From positions 159,402,001 through 159,466,000 of the forward strand of contig OZ320313.1 of NCBI GenBank assembly GCA_976226885.1: a stretch of 64,000 nt of DNA. Direction: 5' to 3'. The translations under genes and the position numbers were made by a program. A model generated the notes under the pieces. It was not told where the DNA came from. It saw nothing but the letters and a program-made list of their open reading frames with translations, and ran no database searches. Shown here piece after piece: positions 1-13,988 of this stretch. Position 1 is the first letter of the stretch. Each line of letters opens with the position of its first letter. The DNA comes from Iphione sp. A-MEVVRFRX5. Lineage: Eukaryota.

Positions 1-1554
1 TTCATAACTGATAAGAATGACGACCTAAACTGATTATCACAACTATATACATGTATAGAGAAATAGGTACCAGTCCATATGAAAATATTTAACAAGGACT
101 TCCTATTTCACAGGTTTGTTTCGCCGAGAATGCAAATACATGTGCAGTGTACATGTACCCGAGTGGCAACTCAGTGCCAGGAACATGGTAAGTGTCTTCA
201 CGCATTATGTAACATATGGGATGATTCCCTCGGAGGTGCAGCTATTCACACTGTGCTCAGCCATGTTCCCTGTCATCTATATTGTGGCCGGGAGTGAGAC
301 CCTCCCTCGGCTCCCAGCACCCATACGTTCATTATCACGCAGACCTTCCGCCTAGACATACAGGGGCTAACTTATAATTCGAGGGGAACCAGGGGGGAGC
401 CTCCCATAATCTTCGATCCCAATGTTGGTCCTCTAAGACCCAAACCTCTCCGCAAGACTGTCACGCACGACGGCCCGGAGCATGCAATTATGTCATTACT
501 CGGAGCGATCGCTTTTCTTGCGGCTCTTCCCCGCCCCCTCCCCCTCCCCAGTCGAGATAGGCTCTGAGATTCATAGTAATGATACTGGAATGGGGAAGTG
601 TAGGTTGGTGATGGGGACTGGCGGTCGCCGCCACTAGCACAGGGATGTAATAGGTTTTGTTGGGCATGGAACAGTCGCCTCTATCCAGTTGGCAGGCAGG
701 CGCTGCGGATACCCATCGCCTGCAGCTGTTTAGTTTCGGCGATTTCGTTAAGACTCGCAGGGAACGAGGACGATTAGTACAGGTACCGGAGGATCGCTGC
801 TGGGAAAAAATCCTCTTTCCCACGTCCTTCCTTTGCCTCCAGCGAGTCTACCTTGACAAATATCCTGAAATACAGAGTTGCGGTCAATTCAAAAATGAAT
901 TTGGTATACTTGTGCTTTAGAATGTTCTAAACGTCAACAGTAGTGGGATTCTCTTTTAAATTGGAAATATGTAGAATGTTATCATTTTCAGACCTGAAAG
1001 TGTTGTAAACTTGAAATAGATATGCAAAATAGGTTAAAGATTGACCGTAAATGTACAAAAAAATATTGAATTTCAGTAACAAATACTTAGGTCGAATGAA
1101 AATGTGCCCTCTGTCGGCTACTGATAAGATCGTTGCAAAAATGTAAGAATTGCCGACAGCATATTAAATTCATCCTTAGAACATATACAGTTATCGATTA
1201 CAATAAAGAATCGGGTGCTTCCAAAATGTAATGTGAGAAGGAATGTGAATTTTGCATCTGGATAAACATAAGTCGGAGTCACATGATTTGTTCTTTGAAT
1301 TTGTCAGTAGATAGGAAAGAAACTTGCTTTGACATATCAGACATCTTACTACTGATGATGTGAGTGAGGCTAACAACTTGGGAATCTTACGTGTATTAAG
1401 TTACAAATCCCGAAATCAAGTTCTGAGATATATAGGAAATCCTATATTACTTTATTTCTTCGTAGCAAGCAAGGCGACGCATATCACATCAAAGAATATT
1501 TTAAAAAAATACTCTTAATAACTTGGCAAGTATAATTTGGAATACAAGCCGCAT

Positions 1555-1880
1555 CTCGTTCATTTTTTTAAAGAATTTTGCTCAACCTGATAGTCCATCG
1601 GTACCAGGACATACTGCATACATGTGAAGTTGTGTCGGGTGCTATGTACATACGAAAATGTAACGTATATACAAATAATAATATTATACAATATATACAT
1701 ATAATTATACAAAAAATGAAAAAATAACAATGTCAGTATACAATGTTTAAAATAGTTCTAACATTCAAACCTACGATGAAAGATACTTGATTTCTTATTC
1801 CTAGAAGTACACATCTAGTTTCTTTCAGTAAATCGCTTTCGTTCGAGGGACAAGCCAATTTTCTTTCCGTAATTTCCTTT
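1555..1880 (-). mobile_element. Possible AT-rich 3' UTR and tail of the same LINE
   Basis: It directly follows the ORF2 stop on the minus strand, is AT-rich and low-complexity, and ends in an A-run near 1561-1570. The boundary is uncertain. Confidence 0.35.
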
Positions 1881-2645
1881 TCAGATCTTCTTGTTAATAA
1901 TATTTTCATGATTTAGCCTTTTCCAAAAAAGTTTTGCCGTAAAAAGAGGATCCATTTTAAAATGAGATATTCTCGGTAGGGGAAGTGGTATGGCGGCTTC
2001 TCGTGTTCTAGTCTTCATTAATATGTCATTACACAAGAGAAACAGTGTATCATAGTATGAGCAAAGAGAAAAATAGACACTTTGTTTCTCTATTGGTAAA
2101 ATACAATTTCTTGCCATGACTGTCTCTATTCTCTCTATGTAGTCTCCGGTGGCAATCCTGGCTGCCTTGTGCAACTGGGAAGATAATCTCTTACATACAC
2201 ATTTGATTGGTAGCACTTGATAGAAACAAGTTCATACTCAATGGTTGGGATGAAGTAATTCATTAGTACTAGGATAGCTGCACTGCTATTTGCTCTTTCT
2301 TTAAATATTCCCTATGAGATTTAGAAGAGTGTAGGTTTTCTTCAATTTTGAAAGTAGCTCTTGCCGTAAGGTTAGGTTGCTATCTAATAGAAAGCCGAGG
2401 TATTTGTAATGCTGCACCTGTGTGATAACATTATTCCTCATTTTTATCGATAATTTATTGTTCCTTAGTTTACTTCTGCTAGTTGTGCATAGCATGCACT
2501 CTGTTTTCTGGTAGTTTTTTTACGAAAACCATTAACTTCATACCACGTGTTCAGGTAGTTCAGGTAGGTCTTCAGTTAAGGCTTGTCCTATCTTATTTGG
2601 ATCATTGCTTGCCATTAGCAGAATTGTGTCATAGATTATCATAAC
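1881..2645 (-). mobile_element. 5'-truncated, frameshifted non-LTR retrotransposon (CR1/L2/Crack group) ORF2 fragment: end of reverse transcriptase plus C-terminal region
   Basis: Minus-strand translation across frameshifts gives DTILLMASNDPNKIGQALTEDL, LNTWYEVNG, KTECMLC and QVQHYKYLGFLLDSNLT, the conserved RT motifs downstream of YADD. It continues into TREAAIPLPLPRISHFKMDPLFTAKLFWKRL, typical of the CR1/L2-group ORF2 C-terminus. There are stops, frameshifts and a 9-bp tandem duplication (CTACCTGAA on the minus strand). The clade call is from motif recall, not a database search. Confidence 0.85.
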
Positions 2646-4949
2646 CAATCTTATCGTCCATACTGCTTTGTTATGCGTTACACTTCACCTCATGATATGA
2701 GTAAGTAAAAATGTACACTATCTTACGTAGAGTAAAGACCCCAAAAAACTATTCTAAGGAATCGTGGCATAAAATTACTGGCTTATTCACGCTGTCTTCG
2801 TTGCGGGTTTGGTTTTAGAAACCTGGGAAGGAGCCACTCCGTTCGGAAGCAGGACAGGCAATTTCCTTGAATCAAGCCAAGGTGTGTTCCCCGTAAAACC
2901 ACTCTTCACCTTCAGAAAAGAGTAGGACTGCCTGAATCCGCGACAACAAATATTCTGAATCTTCTTGCGTGATGTGAGATAAGCATGCGAAGTGTAAGGC
3001 TTCCTCAGTTGATGACGTTTGCCTCTCTGACAGTTGATTGAAGTTATAATCACCGTCTGCCCGATGGTGTTACCGGTGCGAGCAAACATAAGGCCGATTT
3101 GAAAATTTCTTTGCTGGCCCACACGACCATGGTGGTGAAGGTGAGGGAGTGTGGGCCGGCTTGCGTGCGTGGCGCTAAGTCAGCGCCTGCAGACCATCCA
3201 TCAGCATCGGGTCCTTAATTAGACTGCATGCTCGGGGGTCTGGCAAACAAAGTCGGGCTTGGATCCCCTCCCGAGTCAGGTCAGCCACGCCTCCCCCCAT
3301 CCGTTCCCCGTACGCTCCTCCGAACACCTCACGCCCCCACCCCCACCCCCCACATAACGTCAATCGACCTTACAACCCTCCCACCTACCACAATCCCACC
3401 CATCCACCCACCCACACCAGGCCCTCCCATCCATGTTTCCTCGCCATCCCTGACACTAACTCTTATGCGTCAGCACGATATTCTCTTCGACTCCCAGCAG
3501 TCATCTCCCCCTTCATGTTGTAGAGGTAGCCCAACAGCTGTCGCCTCTGCATCTTCAACGGTGCCAGGGTAGCTCAGAATGTCAGGGAGACAAGAACCCT
3601 CTAGGCTGATTCTTATGATAGCAGAATCTGTTTAATTCCCGCCAGGTATGCGGAGAAATCGGTTTTCAAATGTTTAAGTCCATTCCCTCCCTCTAATGGT
3701 CGAAAGGTATTTAATCTGTCATAATCGCATTATCTGTGGTTTGAACATGAGGAATATAGGATTAATATGAACCAGCATTTCAGAAACCTCATACGGTGTT
3801 ATTTTCGTGCCACAACAGATCTATGACCGGAAACTTTTCGGGTAAGTAAAAATAAATTTGATGTTTAATTTTTTTTGTTTTCACCACATTGACAAGTATA
3901 GTAGGCAATGGGCCATGAAGGAACGATGCTGCAAAACGTCAGAAATGATTCGATTCAATATTTCGGACGAAACTCAAGCAATCGCATTTATGTGATTTAA
4001 TGGGTAATGATTTGTAGCGAAATGAACTTGAAATCACAGTCATAATAGAAACAGTGTGGCTCGTAAAATGTATTTTAAGTCCTGATTATGCGTGTATGTC
4101 CCTGAGAGATACGGAATGAACTTAATACAGAATAAAGACAACATGAATAAAGGCACTTAAGCTAATAGGCCAGAGTAACTGGAGCACTATGAACATTTAT
4201 TTATAGGGCGCATTTTACATCATAGGCACGGCCGTAAAACAATCGAACGTTTTTAGTTGTGGGAGCTGATGAGGTAGTTACAAGCTGCAGAAATCCTAGA
4301 AGGCAACAGATATAATTCACCACCGAAAATAATCGCGAAATTTATACGAGGAAACTTTACATCAGTTTTATTTAGATTTTAAACTAAAGTTTACTTGTAT
4401 GGAAAGGAAAAGATCATATTTGCATTATATAATATACTTCATAACTTAGAAAGAGTTCTACATATATCTATCCCTATTAGGGAAAAGAAACGTGACGGAA
4501 AAATACGCATACATTACCTATAGGGATAGCTAGCGCCAAAGGCCTCTTACCTACAAAGAAGAAAACTCGTCATTAGCTTTTTATACGTATTATATTTGCC
4601 CGTAGGTTCTTTACAGCGTTACTCACTAACGATTGTATCCAATAGTTTAACACACGTAAAAATACAAACCTTGAGAACCAATATTTATAGACCATTAGAG
4701 TTTTACATCTAAGGTTTAACAGATCTGAATTTATCTTACGTAAAACTATGAATATACATAAATATGGAGATCAGAAATTTGATACACTGTAGCATTTGTG
4801 GGACCCTGGTTGGTGAGAGAACACACAGGAGATTGACATTATAAGATTCTGCGCTAACTGGTGCAAACTGTTATGACTTCCGATCAAGCTTCGTTGTCAG
4901 AAATATTGCGTTCTAATACGACTGAGGAGTAACGAGCGCTAGGAAGCAT

Positions 4950-5394
4950 GTTGTGACTGGGCATGAGTTCTAGTCGTGTTGCCGGCAAGACGGCTACGCT
5001 CTCAGATCAGGCGACAGCCGCTGAGAGGGTGTTGGACGACGACTGAAGGTTAACCAAGCTACACCGGGTTGGATTATCGGGCCCCGGAATCTGAAGTGTG
5101 GAGTGATGGATGTAGATTTACGATGATCCTTATCTCTCCCAGCCCCGGCGACGCAGGGGCCGCGCCGCGCTCCCGTGTCTGTCTCTTTCCCATCTCCCAG
5201 TCCTCTTTCATACTGTTCGCCGACCACCACCTTCTTCTCCCCTAGGTGCTGCTGCTGCTCCTCCCATCCTGCAGTACACTCCCCTTCTTCGTGTGGCCCA
5301 CTCGTATTCATCGGCCGCCTGCCCTCGTGTTCTACTCGGCCCCGAGCCCCTTGTTTCCTCTCATCCACGCGCTTCTTCTCAAACGAGTCCAGCT

Positions 5395-5475
<81 letters not shown>

Positions 5476-5620
5476 TCACTGACACTGACTAGCCTGTAGG
5501 AGCGCTCACTCTTCCGCTTCTCAAGCATGTATCTCCAGCGTCGGCTCCCTCGGGATGAATACCACAGCGGTAGGAAGGCCGCCCTGTACAGCTAAAAGAG
5601 AGACGGAACGGTCCCTTGTG
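4950..5620. promoter_or_regulatory. GC/CpG-rich promoter- or enhancer-like island flanking a GA/CT repeat
   Basis: Visibly CpG-dense. It contains TGATGGAT (Pbx/Hox-like, ~5104), TTTACGA (posterior Hox/Cdx-like, ~5117) and TCCCTCGGGA (EBF-like, ~5546). Its ORFs are low-complexity artefacts of the repeat. Confidence 0.5.
5401..5472. repeat. (CT)36/(GA)36 perfect microsatellite
   Basis: Uninterrupted CT dinucleotide run read directly. Confidence 0.98.
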
Positions 5621-8600
5621 TGTTCAATGCCATCCAAGAGACCCTCAAACTGCACTCCATGAGCGGTATTTTGTATATTCCGTGATTATTTTATGCAGTT
5701 GGATGCTAACTGTCTGTCTGGCTTGTGTATGTCATTACCTGTTGTACATGCATATCACGCATCGCCCTGCTTTTTTTGTTTCACACAGGGGGGACTTTGC
5801 GTCTGGCCGCACAGCTCTTATATACTGCCAACATCTTCGAGGAAAGAGGGTGGCAGCGTCATGGAAAAAGAAACATTTCATCGCTGCGGGTTTGAAAGGG
5901 TGAAGAACTGACTGCTCTAATGGTCTAGAGAGCTTGCCGACGATGGCGTGGTTAAGGTGGAGGGGGGACCCTGGTCACATGTGGTGACATATTGGTCTGA
6001 GTGTCAAGCCAGGCCGCGTCAGGTCAGTGCGACTCGGCCATGATGAATTGACTGGCCATCGGGGAAATTAAAATTTGATGGCAGGCCGCACTACCTACTT
6101 TGATAACTGGGTGACTACAGCTAGCCAAAGTCGCTCTCTGGCCATAGTGACCTTGGGCTAATTGATTACTGGTGCGGCTCAAATGGGCTCATTGTTTCTC
6201 ATTTTAAACAACGGATCAACTCCAAAAGTATTCATTTCAAAGGTAACTCTATGCCTGGGCTTTTGTTAATGCACGCGCGGTATGACCAGGGAATTTAATT
6301 CCACCCCCTTATTTCCCGCGCCACATTGCCAGGTTAATGGTGTGTGTCGAGGACTCAAATTCGGCTGTCAGACGAACCTACGATCGAAGCCTCGCCGATC
6401 GAATTGCTCATTCGTTCACCACTGGCGTGGAACCGACCTAAATGAAACCCTCCATTCCCAGGAGACCTTGCTTGCCTTCCGAGGCGTGTCGACTGCCTTC
6501 CCATTGCACGCTGCCTCTGTCACGGCAAATCAGTGAATCTTACGTGTGTGCTCAAAACGAAGCAATCTACACAGGACTGTGCGCTTATTAGTGAATATAT
6601 AATAACATGTTGGAACATGTGCTGACGCATTACGTATATATATGTATATATGTGTCAGTTGAATAATATTTTGCTCTCCGCGTATATCCTCGAATACTGA
6701 ACTGGAAGCTAAGTGTAAGCACTCGTTGTGTTGTACATTATAGTCGGAACTAGATTTAATCATGTTTCTGCGTGTGTGTACCCTCCAACATTGATGATTA
6801 TAATCTTCGAGGGGAACTCCATATCATGAACATATATGCGTATGTCGCTGCCTCTCACCATTGGAGCCGGAAGAGGCGGTCTGCGGTCCTGTTCTGCGGG
6901 GCTTGCGCAGGTGCGGCTTGCTGATTGGTTAAAACAGATATTCGCGGACTCTTTTATGTGTTGCTGGCAGTGGACGAAGAGTGATGAGGACATCTCTTGA
7001 CAGGGGCTCTCTAATCAGGGCTCATCAGAAAGGGGAGGGAGGCTCAGTGTCTTCTTTTCCTTGCTAAGAATAGTGTTAATTTAGACTGTCCATGCATTTA
7101 TGGGTACCTCACGAGTGAAATCTTCTTAGACGGTTGGTTGATTTTTATCCGAACGGTTACTTAGTTGTGATTACTTTAGAAATTCGAGGGCTCGCGAATG
7201 TAATTTAAACAGCAGAAAAAACACAAATAATAAGCCAAGTTAATCTTTAAATTTTTGATTTAGTAAGAGGACCTCGCTTCTTTCCTGACTGGTACATAAT
7301 TGATTCAATATGCATCGTATATTTGATTTTATCACAGGTCGTTGGTAATTCATCTGAATCAAGGCGGTGAAAGACATCATCATTCTTGTTTGTAGGAATT
7401 AAATACCATTTAATTATTCGCTACCATGTTCATGTTGACTTTTGTTACCTAATCCTTCATTTATTTTGAGATTGATTGTAATCTTCTACAGTCTGCCTGC
7501 CCACCCCATCCGCCAGTAGTGACTCCAGTCGGTATTAAATGTTGATGCCCAAGGCAAAGGAAGGAGATCTTGAGGGATTAGACTTGAGATTCCCTTCTTC
7601 CTAGCCGAACCGCAAGCCCTGACAGATGATGTTCAAATGGACAGAGACGGGGAATGGGCGACGGCTAAGTACCTAAGTAGAGTTTCATTCTCCATTGGAC
7701 AAGCTAGGACTGTTCCACCTCCCACTGATTCACATTTCAAGCGTTTAAATATATATTTACATGATATTCTGGGGACAGCCACGCCTGCTCTACTCACTAT
7801 CATAGAGTCGATATGCATTGTTAAGCGGACCGATGCACAAAGCGGTATCCGAGACTATGAATAAATAGGTAAGGTGCGGGGAAGATGTAAGAGGCCGTGC
7901 AAGCCTTCCAGTGATACAGCCAGCCACCAGTGCAGTGATGGATGCCCCAACCGCTGCTCTATACTCCATTATGTATACACTGACGCATGGCGGCGACGGC
8001 CTCATGCAATGTTTAAAGAATGTCATTGTTAAGCCAGTAAACAAATGCATTGTCATGAATTATTCTCATGCAGTAAGGTGAAGCCCCGGGCACAACTATT
8101 CGTGGCCATACGGAAGCGGCACGCCACTGCACTAGCATGATACATTCAAGCAAACACTCTTCTTGAACTACTATGGTCTGACCATACATATTTCAGCAGG
8201 GGGTGGCACTATAATATTCCTGTCATGCTGGTGCCTATAAAATTAATATGAGTTTAATGAAGACGGCTGGAAGGAAAGTGGATACTTCCCTTGCAATTAA
8301 AGCAACTGTTGTACATGTGCATATATATATGGGCTAAAGCTAAGTGTGAATATAAGAAAACAAGGAAGCAAGGCAAGATGTGGTGGTGGTGGGGGAGGGG
8401 GGGTTACAGATATTATATTGTGCTATCAGGTTATGGGAAAGTCTAGAATGTATTGGAACCTGAAATGCAACGCTTTCACTTTTTAAAGGGAACTCACGGG
8501 GAGGACTGAAACGAGTGCCGAAAGAGAGACAAAGAAGAACCATAAGCAGCTTTGACGGTCCGCGACAAACAGACAATAGGCATTCCAAGACGAGGAGCAC

Positions 8601-11600
8601 TCGGGAGCCCATTTGGGCCACACCTCGGCTGGCCGAGTAGAGGATGGTGTGCCGCTTTTCATTAGGCGACCCAGTCGCCATCGGCCAGGGTTACGGCCCC
8701 AGAAGCTCTCCTTGTATCCTCATCATTCGGGGAACCTCTCCGGTAGCAGAGACAGGAAGTGATGGTGCTACGGGGGTAGGAGGGGGGCTGGAGGGGCAGG
8801 CGGGCGTGGGGGGGGGGGGCGGCTGGCTGCCCATGGCGGTCGGGTAGAGAGGGGGAGACAGGGTGCGGTATAGATCGAATCCACAGAGGATTTCTATTCT
8901 TTTCCTACTTCGCATGGATACTGATACAACCAAGGGCCTGCATCATTTATGTGTCTGTCGATATCTGTATACTTTGGTTTTTTTCTCGCAAAACGAATAT
9001 ATTTTTCCATCAAGAAAACTGTCCATCATAGTCATAATCAAGTTATTGTTTTTGTTATTGTATCCGTTAAGAATACTCCCTAATGCCTGTCTGTCTAAAT
9101 AGATATTATATGTTAGGTAATTTTGGCAGTTTATTCTTATTCATATCATATCCTAACTTACTTCTATCACTGGATATGAAAATGAAGTGTTGTATGACAC
9201 TACTTGTAGGTCACGACCTAAAATTCCACATCATTAATTTACAACGTATCCCAGTTCTGAGCTTGAATAGCCCAGGAGAAACCTTTGAGGTCACAGCTAG
9301 ATGGGTGGGCGGGTGCACAGGGTAGTGCATGTGGCGGGTGGTCGGTACTTTTCCCCTGTTGGTCCGTCATTTTTCTCGCGTCCCCTCCTGCCAACCTGGA
9401 GATTGAATTCTAAATGCACGCCTGACCCAGTGGCGCCTCTGTCTTGACGCTAGAAATTCAATAAGCTACCGACTGCCAAGCGGTGCTATATTTCCTGGTA
9501 GGCGCGGGCCATTCTTTGCTACCGGTTATTACCATCCTGTAAGTTACCGGCGTGTTGTGGGCTGTCCTATTGTGAAGTGTATTGAGTATCTCGCTTTGAA
9601 TGATTTCGCTCCTAAAGGTCAACGTTTGATAGACAGGCTACTTACATCTCGCTCAGACACAACTATTAAACTATTAAAAGCTTTTTGTCATCGATATTTC
9701 CTGATATAAATACTTGAAGGCTTGTTGGCCTGTTTCATATGCCTCTTTCCATATACTACTTGCTTCTCCTATCATTTCGGTCCAACCTGTTCTCCTCGGG
9801 GTTTTCCTGGAATAGTTACTCTTCATGGTACTTTTTACAAGCCCAGACAGTATTTTCAGTATTTTCCTATTGCAGTCCTTGAGGACGAATTTACTCTCTA
9901 TTATTGCCCAAAGGCTTTCACAGATTAAATGACAGTTGTCAACCACGGTTCTCCTGGGGATCAGAACGAACGGTCACGAAAGACGTCCGCCAAGGGGATG
10001 ATGGCTGGCTACAGATATTGGGATGTGACACAAGAGATCTTGGGAAGTAACTTCCGGTGATCCTCTCCATTTCGTTTTGAACAAAAGAAAACAGTGCAAT
10101 CGAATCTGTTGATTACACTGAATAAACAGAGCGAGCCTTGAAGTACATGTACATGCATTGCTTTTCCGGGCTGGTGAAATTTTTGCCCATTTTTGTCAAA
10201 AATAGACACCTTTACTTAGGTCGATAATATCAGTCTGCTTTATAATTTGGAGTGTATGCGTGATACAAGATAGAATAACTGTAACATTATCTAAAATAGT
10301 GCAACTGTGCGCATTGGCACAGATACATAAGACTAACATATAGGTGGAGAGCAGAACACTATAGAGTGAAAATCTATTACCCCTAGACGGGTTTCCTGTT
10401 TGCATCAGAGATTATAATAATGCGATGTTTCTCTCCTGTGAATATATAATAAACATACCTATCAGTCCCGAGGAGAATGAGTATACACAACATTGCTTTT
10501 GGCGACTATTTTAGGTTTTGTCACGTCTCTAGGATCGTGCTTAGCACAACTACCCCCTAGTCTTTGAACGTTGACTCCATGTCACATATCCTATTTGCTC
10601 AGTGTCCCTTGTCAGGAGGGCTGTAGTTAAAAGATGTTATCAACTGGGCAAAAAGTGAATCCCACTTCGGGCCAATGACAACAAAACCAGACCCGTTGCT
10701 CCATACATTGAATGCATACATATAAAACCAACAACACTTATCAACAAAGGTATAGGGAATAAGGTTGCGGTGAGACAATAATGAATGGGTTGTGAAACCA
10801 ATGTGTGAGGTTCATATGCATATATATACATGTATATTTTAGAAAAAATAATGAAATAATTACAAAGTCTATATATCAAAATATTGCAACTTGATTGTAC
10901 ACAGCTCGTTTTGTCAGTATGTTTCTTTCATATACTGGGAACACCACGAGTTACAACTGTTCTACATTGTGAAATGAATGAATTGTTCTAAATAAATAAA
11001 ATATCATCGCTTAATGAGGTCAACAGCCTGTGTATCCATGTGTGTACGCATAGTGTATATACACAATGGCAAGATAACCATCATGGGGGAACGTATGCAT
11101 GCTCTTGGGATGTGTTTGTTAGGACCAGCTACGCGGTATTGAGACGGTCCTCTGCTTGGAGTAGTATATGGATATGGATATGCGTCTTCATGTCCGTCGG
11201 AAAGGCAGGAGTAAACAAGCTTGCCCGTCCTGTTAACTTGGGAAAAGGTCACTTTAAGAAGTACGGAGAAATTCCTCAGAGTATTTGTCCTAAGAGCACA
11301 TCTCAAGGAAAGCGGACAAGACCAAAGTAGCCGAAGAGATCCTCAGTTTTCCTGATCTCCCCCTTGTTCTATGCCCATAGCATAGAGTCATAGTGACGAA
11401 TATGGCACACAGGCGTTCTCTCTTAGTCATGTCTGTAGTAGGCTTTCAAACCCTGATGAATTACCAACTAACTAAATAGATCGATATGCTGTAAGGAGTA
11501 ATGTTCTCCTCCATGAGTAATCACATTTATTTAAAAACCATCTTTCCTTTTCGTAAAATGACACCGGGGTGTATATACCTATGTACAAATGCATATAGAT

Positions 11601-13489
11601 GTATACTGTATGCAACGTTAAAGATGCATGTATTAAGATATCGGAATTCTGGTAGCTTAAGCAATAAGTTACCTCAAGGTATATGATCTTAGCAACTGCG
11701 AATGGTTTCTTGAATGAACGGAGATCCATAGAGACATCAGTTTCCAAAAACAGTGGATTTCATCGAGTGACAGCATGCTGTTTTTATACAATTCGATTTA
11801 TGTAACACAACATAATTTAACTAAAAAAAATATACCAAGAATAAATATATAACGCAAAACCTGACGGTGTGTGTACTATTCTTCATCTTGGGGCCAAATG
11901 AATTGTACAAAAGGACATACTAGATGGAAAAAAATATGACTGATAAGGTGCAACTCCAGCGAAGTTTCAACACAACATGCTGAAATTCAAGGGCTGCTGA
12001 AGATTGGCTGCAGAACTAATGACACAAGGAATGTATATGCAGAGAGATTGATGTGACAGAACAGTTATGCAGTACACTTTCAAAGTAGAGACGAAACTAA
12101 ACGGTTTATCTTCTAGGGCGCTTTGTTCTAAGAGAAGTAAGCCTTTGGCTTTTAACTTAAGTGCCCACTATGAGAGAAACGTGTAGCACATTCCGCTTGC
12201 CTCCATCTCAGTAATGGGAAACAATATACAGCATACTCTGAAGATCAATACATATCTCCTATGTAATCTGTTTAGATCACACACCACCTTTCTCAGTGGG
12301 AACAGCTGCTTATACATTCTCAGAATTGTAAAAATAGTATGTGGGCGTTGTACCCGCGTAAAAGGCCTTATTCCAGATTATAGTGAGTGGGTCATATTTC
12401 AGGCAAGCAAAATCCCTCGCTAACGGGACAATGAGTATTAAGTACGAAACAATATTATATAAAGTATCATTCATGATATTGCAATCGGTATAGTTCACAT
12501 TAAAACGTGTAGGAAATTACTCTGGCTCCTTTATTACGGCATACGGTCAGGTCAGTGACCACTCTAGTGCAAGGTGATTACAGATCCTGATCTTTGAACA
12601 CAATTCAGACCGTGCGGTTTGGTCGCTCACCAAACTAGACCTGCTGAAGTTGGTGAGGAGTAGTGGGATGGGTGTCTAGCAGAAAAGATAAAAGAGGCCG
12701 TTATGACATTCACTTTGAGGGGGATGTTCTGCCTCCTAATGGCCAATAGCACATACAACATACGCTGATTGTATTTCCATCCCAAAGGGCCAAGCAATAG
12801 CTTTTCTATGCAATAGGGAGATCAAACATAATATTCAACCAATTTTTCTTGATACAGGCAAAAGTGCTTAACGGGAGATATTCATGCTTGTCTACTTTCG
12901 GCGTTGCTTTGAAGTGTTATACGGCAATGACCTTACAACCTGGAGTGGTGCATATATGGCATATACATGTATTCAAATCACAATGAATGATCGATCGATA
13001 TGATACTTTTATAGTATAAAGCAACTTCTGGGCCATACATTGTTATACAAGGACGTGAAAAAGGTGGTGTTCATGGCATAAGTAGATCATACTGAAAGAA
13101 ATCCATACGTTCAATTATACAAGTTTAAATGAAATGATAATAAGAAACAATCTGTCTTATTGTCCATTGTACTATAGTTCATCTGTTGTTTACATTATTT
13201 ATTAATTTAATTCGCTTGGTTTCTTTCCATGTCCAGTGTAGCATCACTTCATTTATTGCCATTAAAATGGCAGTTTTGGAGATCTGCAAATTGTTTTGTT
13301 GTTTTTTAATGACGGCGCTGCCCAAAATAATTTTAGTTGCTCGATATAACTACTTTAATAATGAATCATGCCAACGGATCTGCCAACGTACTGGCCCAGG
13401 GCCTGTACTTCTGTGTTGCTAAGCAGAAGCAGAAAGAAAGCAGGGGTAAAGGTGGTAAACGTATTAGCATTACAATCACCTCTGGTCTC

Positions 13490-13600
13490 GGGCGTGCGCA
13501 TAATGGACCCGTGTCGCCAACGTCAATTTCCGCGCATGCGCCTGCATCCGCTGGGTGTTCTGTCGCTTGGCAACGACGCCAACATGGCTGCCGACAATAG
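13490..13600 (+). promoter_or_regulatory. Compact promoter with NRF1 site, RFX X-box and YY1/Kozak motif
   Basis: GCGCATGCGC (perfect NRF1 palindrome) at 13532-13541, GTCGCTTGGCAAC (X-box-like) at 13562-13574, and AACATGGCTGCC (YY1-like, with ATG in a strong Kozak context) at 13581-13592. Confidence 0.6.
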
Positions 13601-13988
13601 GATCCTCGCACGTTTCGGATATTAAACCTTTTACCGGGCCCACAAGAAGAACTTTCGCCAGTTTCTTCAGCCCCGACGTTATCTCCTCAGGTACGGCAGG
13701 CCCATAGATCCGCTGGGGGTGTTGAAATTGAAAGAGCGATGTTCGGAGATAACGGAATACGCACGAAGTCAAGCAATCGTTGCGATGCGGCATCTTGTGT
13801 GTATCGTGAAAGATAGTGGAATCGTTTGTACCAGACACCATGGAGTAGAATCTTGTCGTTACCTTGTTACCGAAAACACAGTATATTCTCAGGTGATGCA
13901 GGTTGAAAAGGGCTCTGAATGTAGGTGCATATGTCCTTTTGTTATACATGTCTTCAAAGTTATCAAAGTACAACGTACATGTATATGA
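13584..13988 (+). pseudogene. Reading frame from the promoter ATG interrupted by a single TAA (13623-13625); unidentified product
   Basis: The frame reads MAADNRILARFGY*TFYRAHKKNFRQFLQPRRYLLRYGRPIDPLGVLKLKERC... and stays open to 13988. The antisense frame in the same register is open for 173 codons (13476-13997). I recognise no family. Confidence 0.25.

Noticed and set aside
4264-4300. CTGATGA...GAAA hammerhead-like spacing and a 9-nt let-7 5' match (TGAGGTAGT)
   Set aside because: Stem II lacks the closing G-C pair, there is no let-7 3' match, and there is no precursor hairpin.
5527-5575. MYLQRRLPRDEYH spacing similar to the NFI N-terminus MYSPLCLTQDEFH
   Set aside because: The invariant continuation PFIEALLPHV is absent here and I did not find it elsewhere in the window, so this is coincidence.
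6760-6830. Minus-strand KIIIINVGG resembling the Kv/KCTD T1-BTB start
   Set aside because: It is followed by YTHAET and a stop, with only a weak possible donor. No downstream T1 sequence was found, and the region looks promoter-like (CCAAT, ETS).
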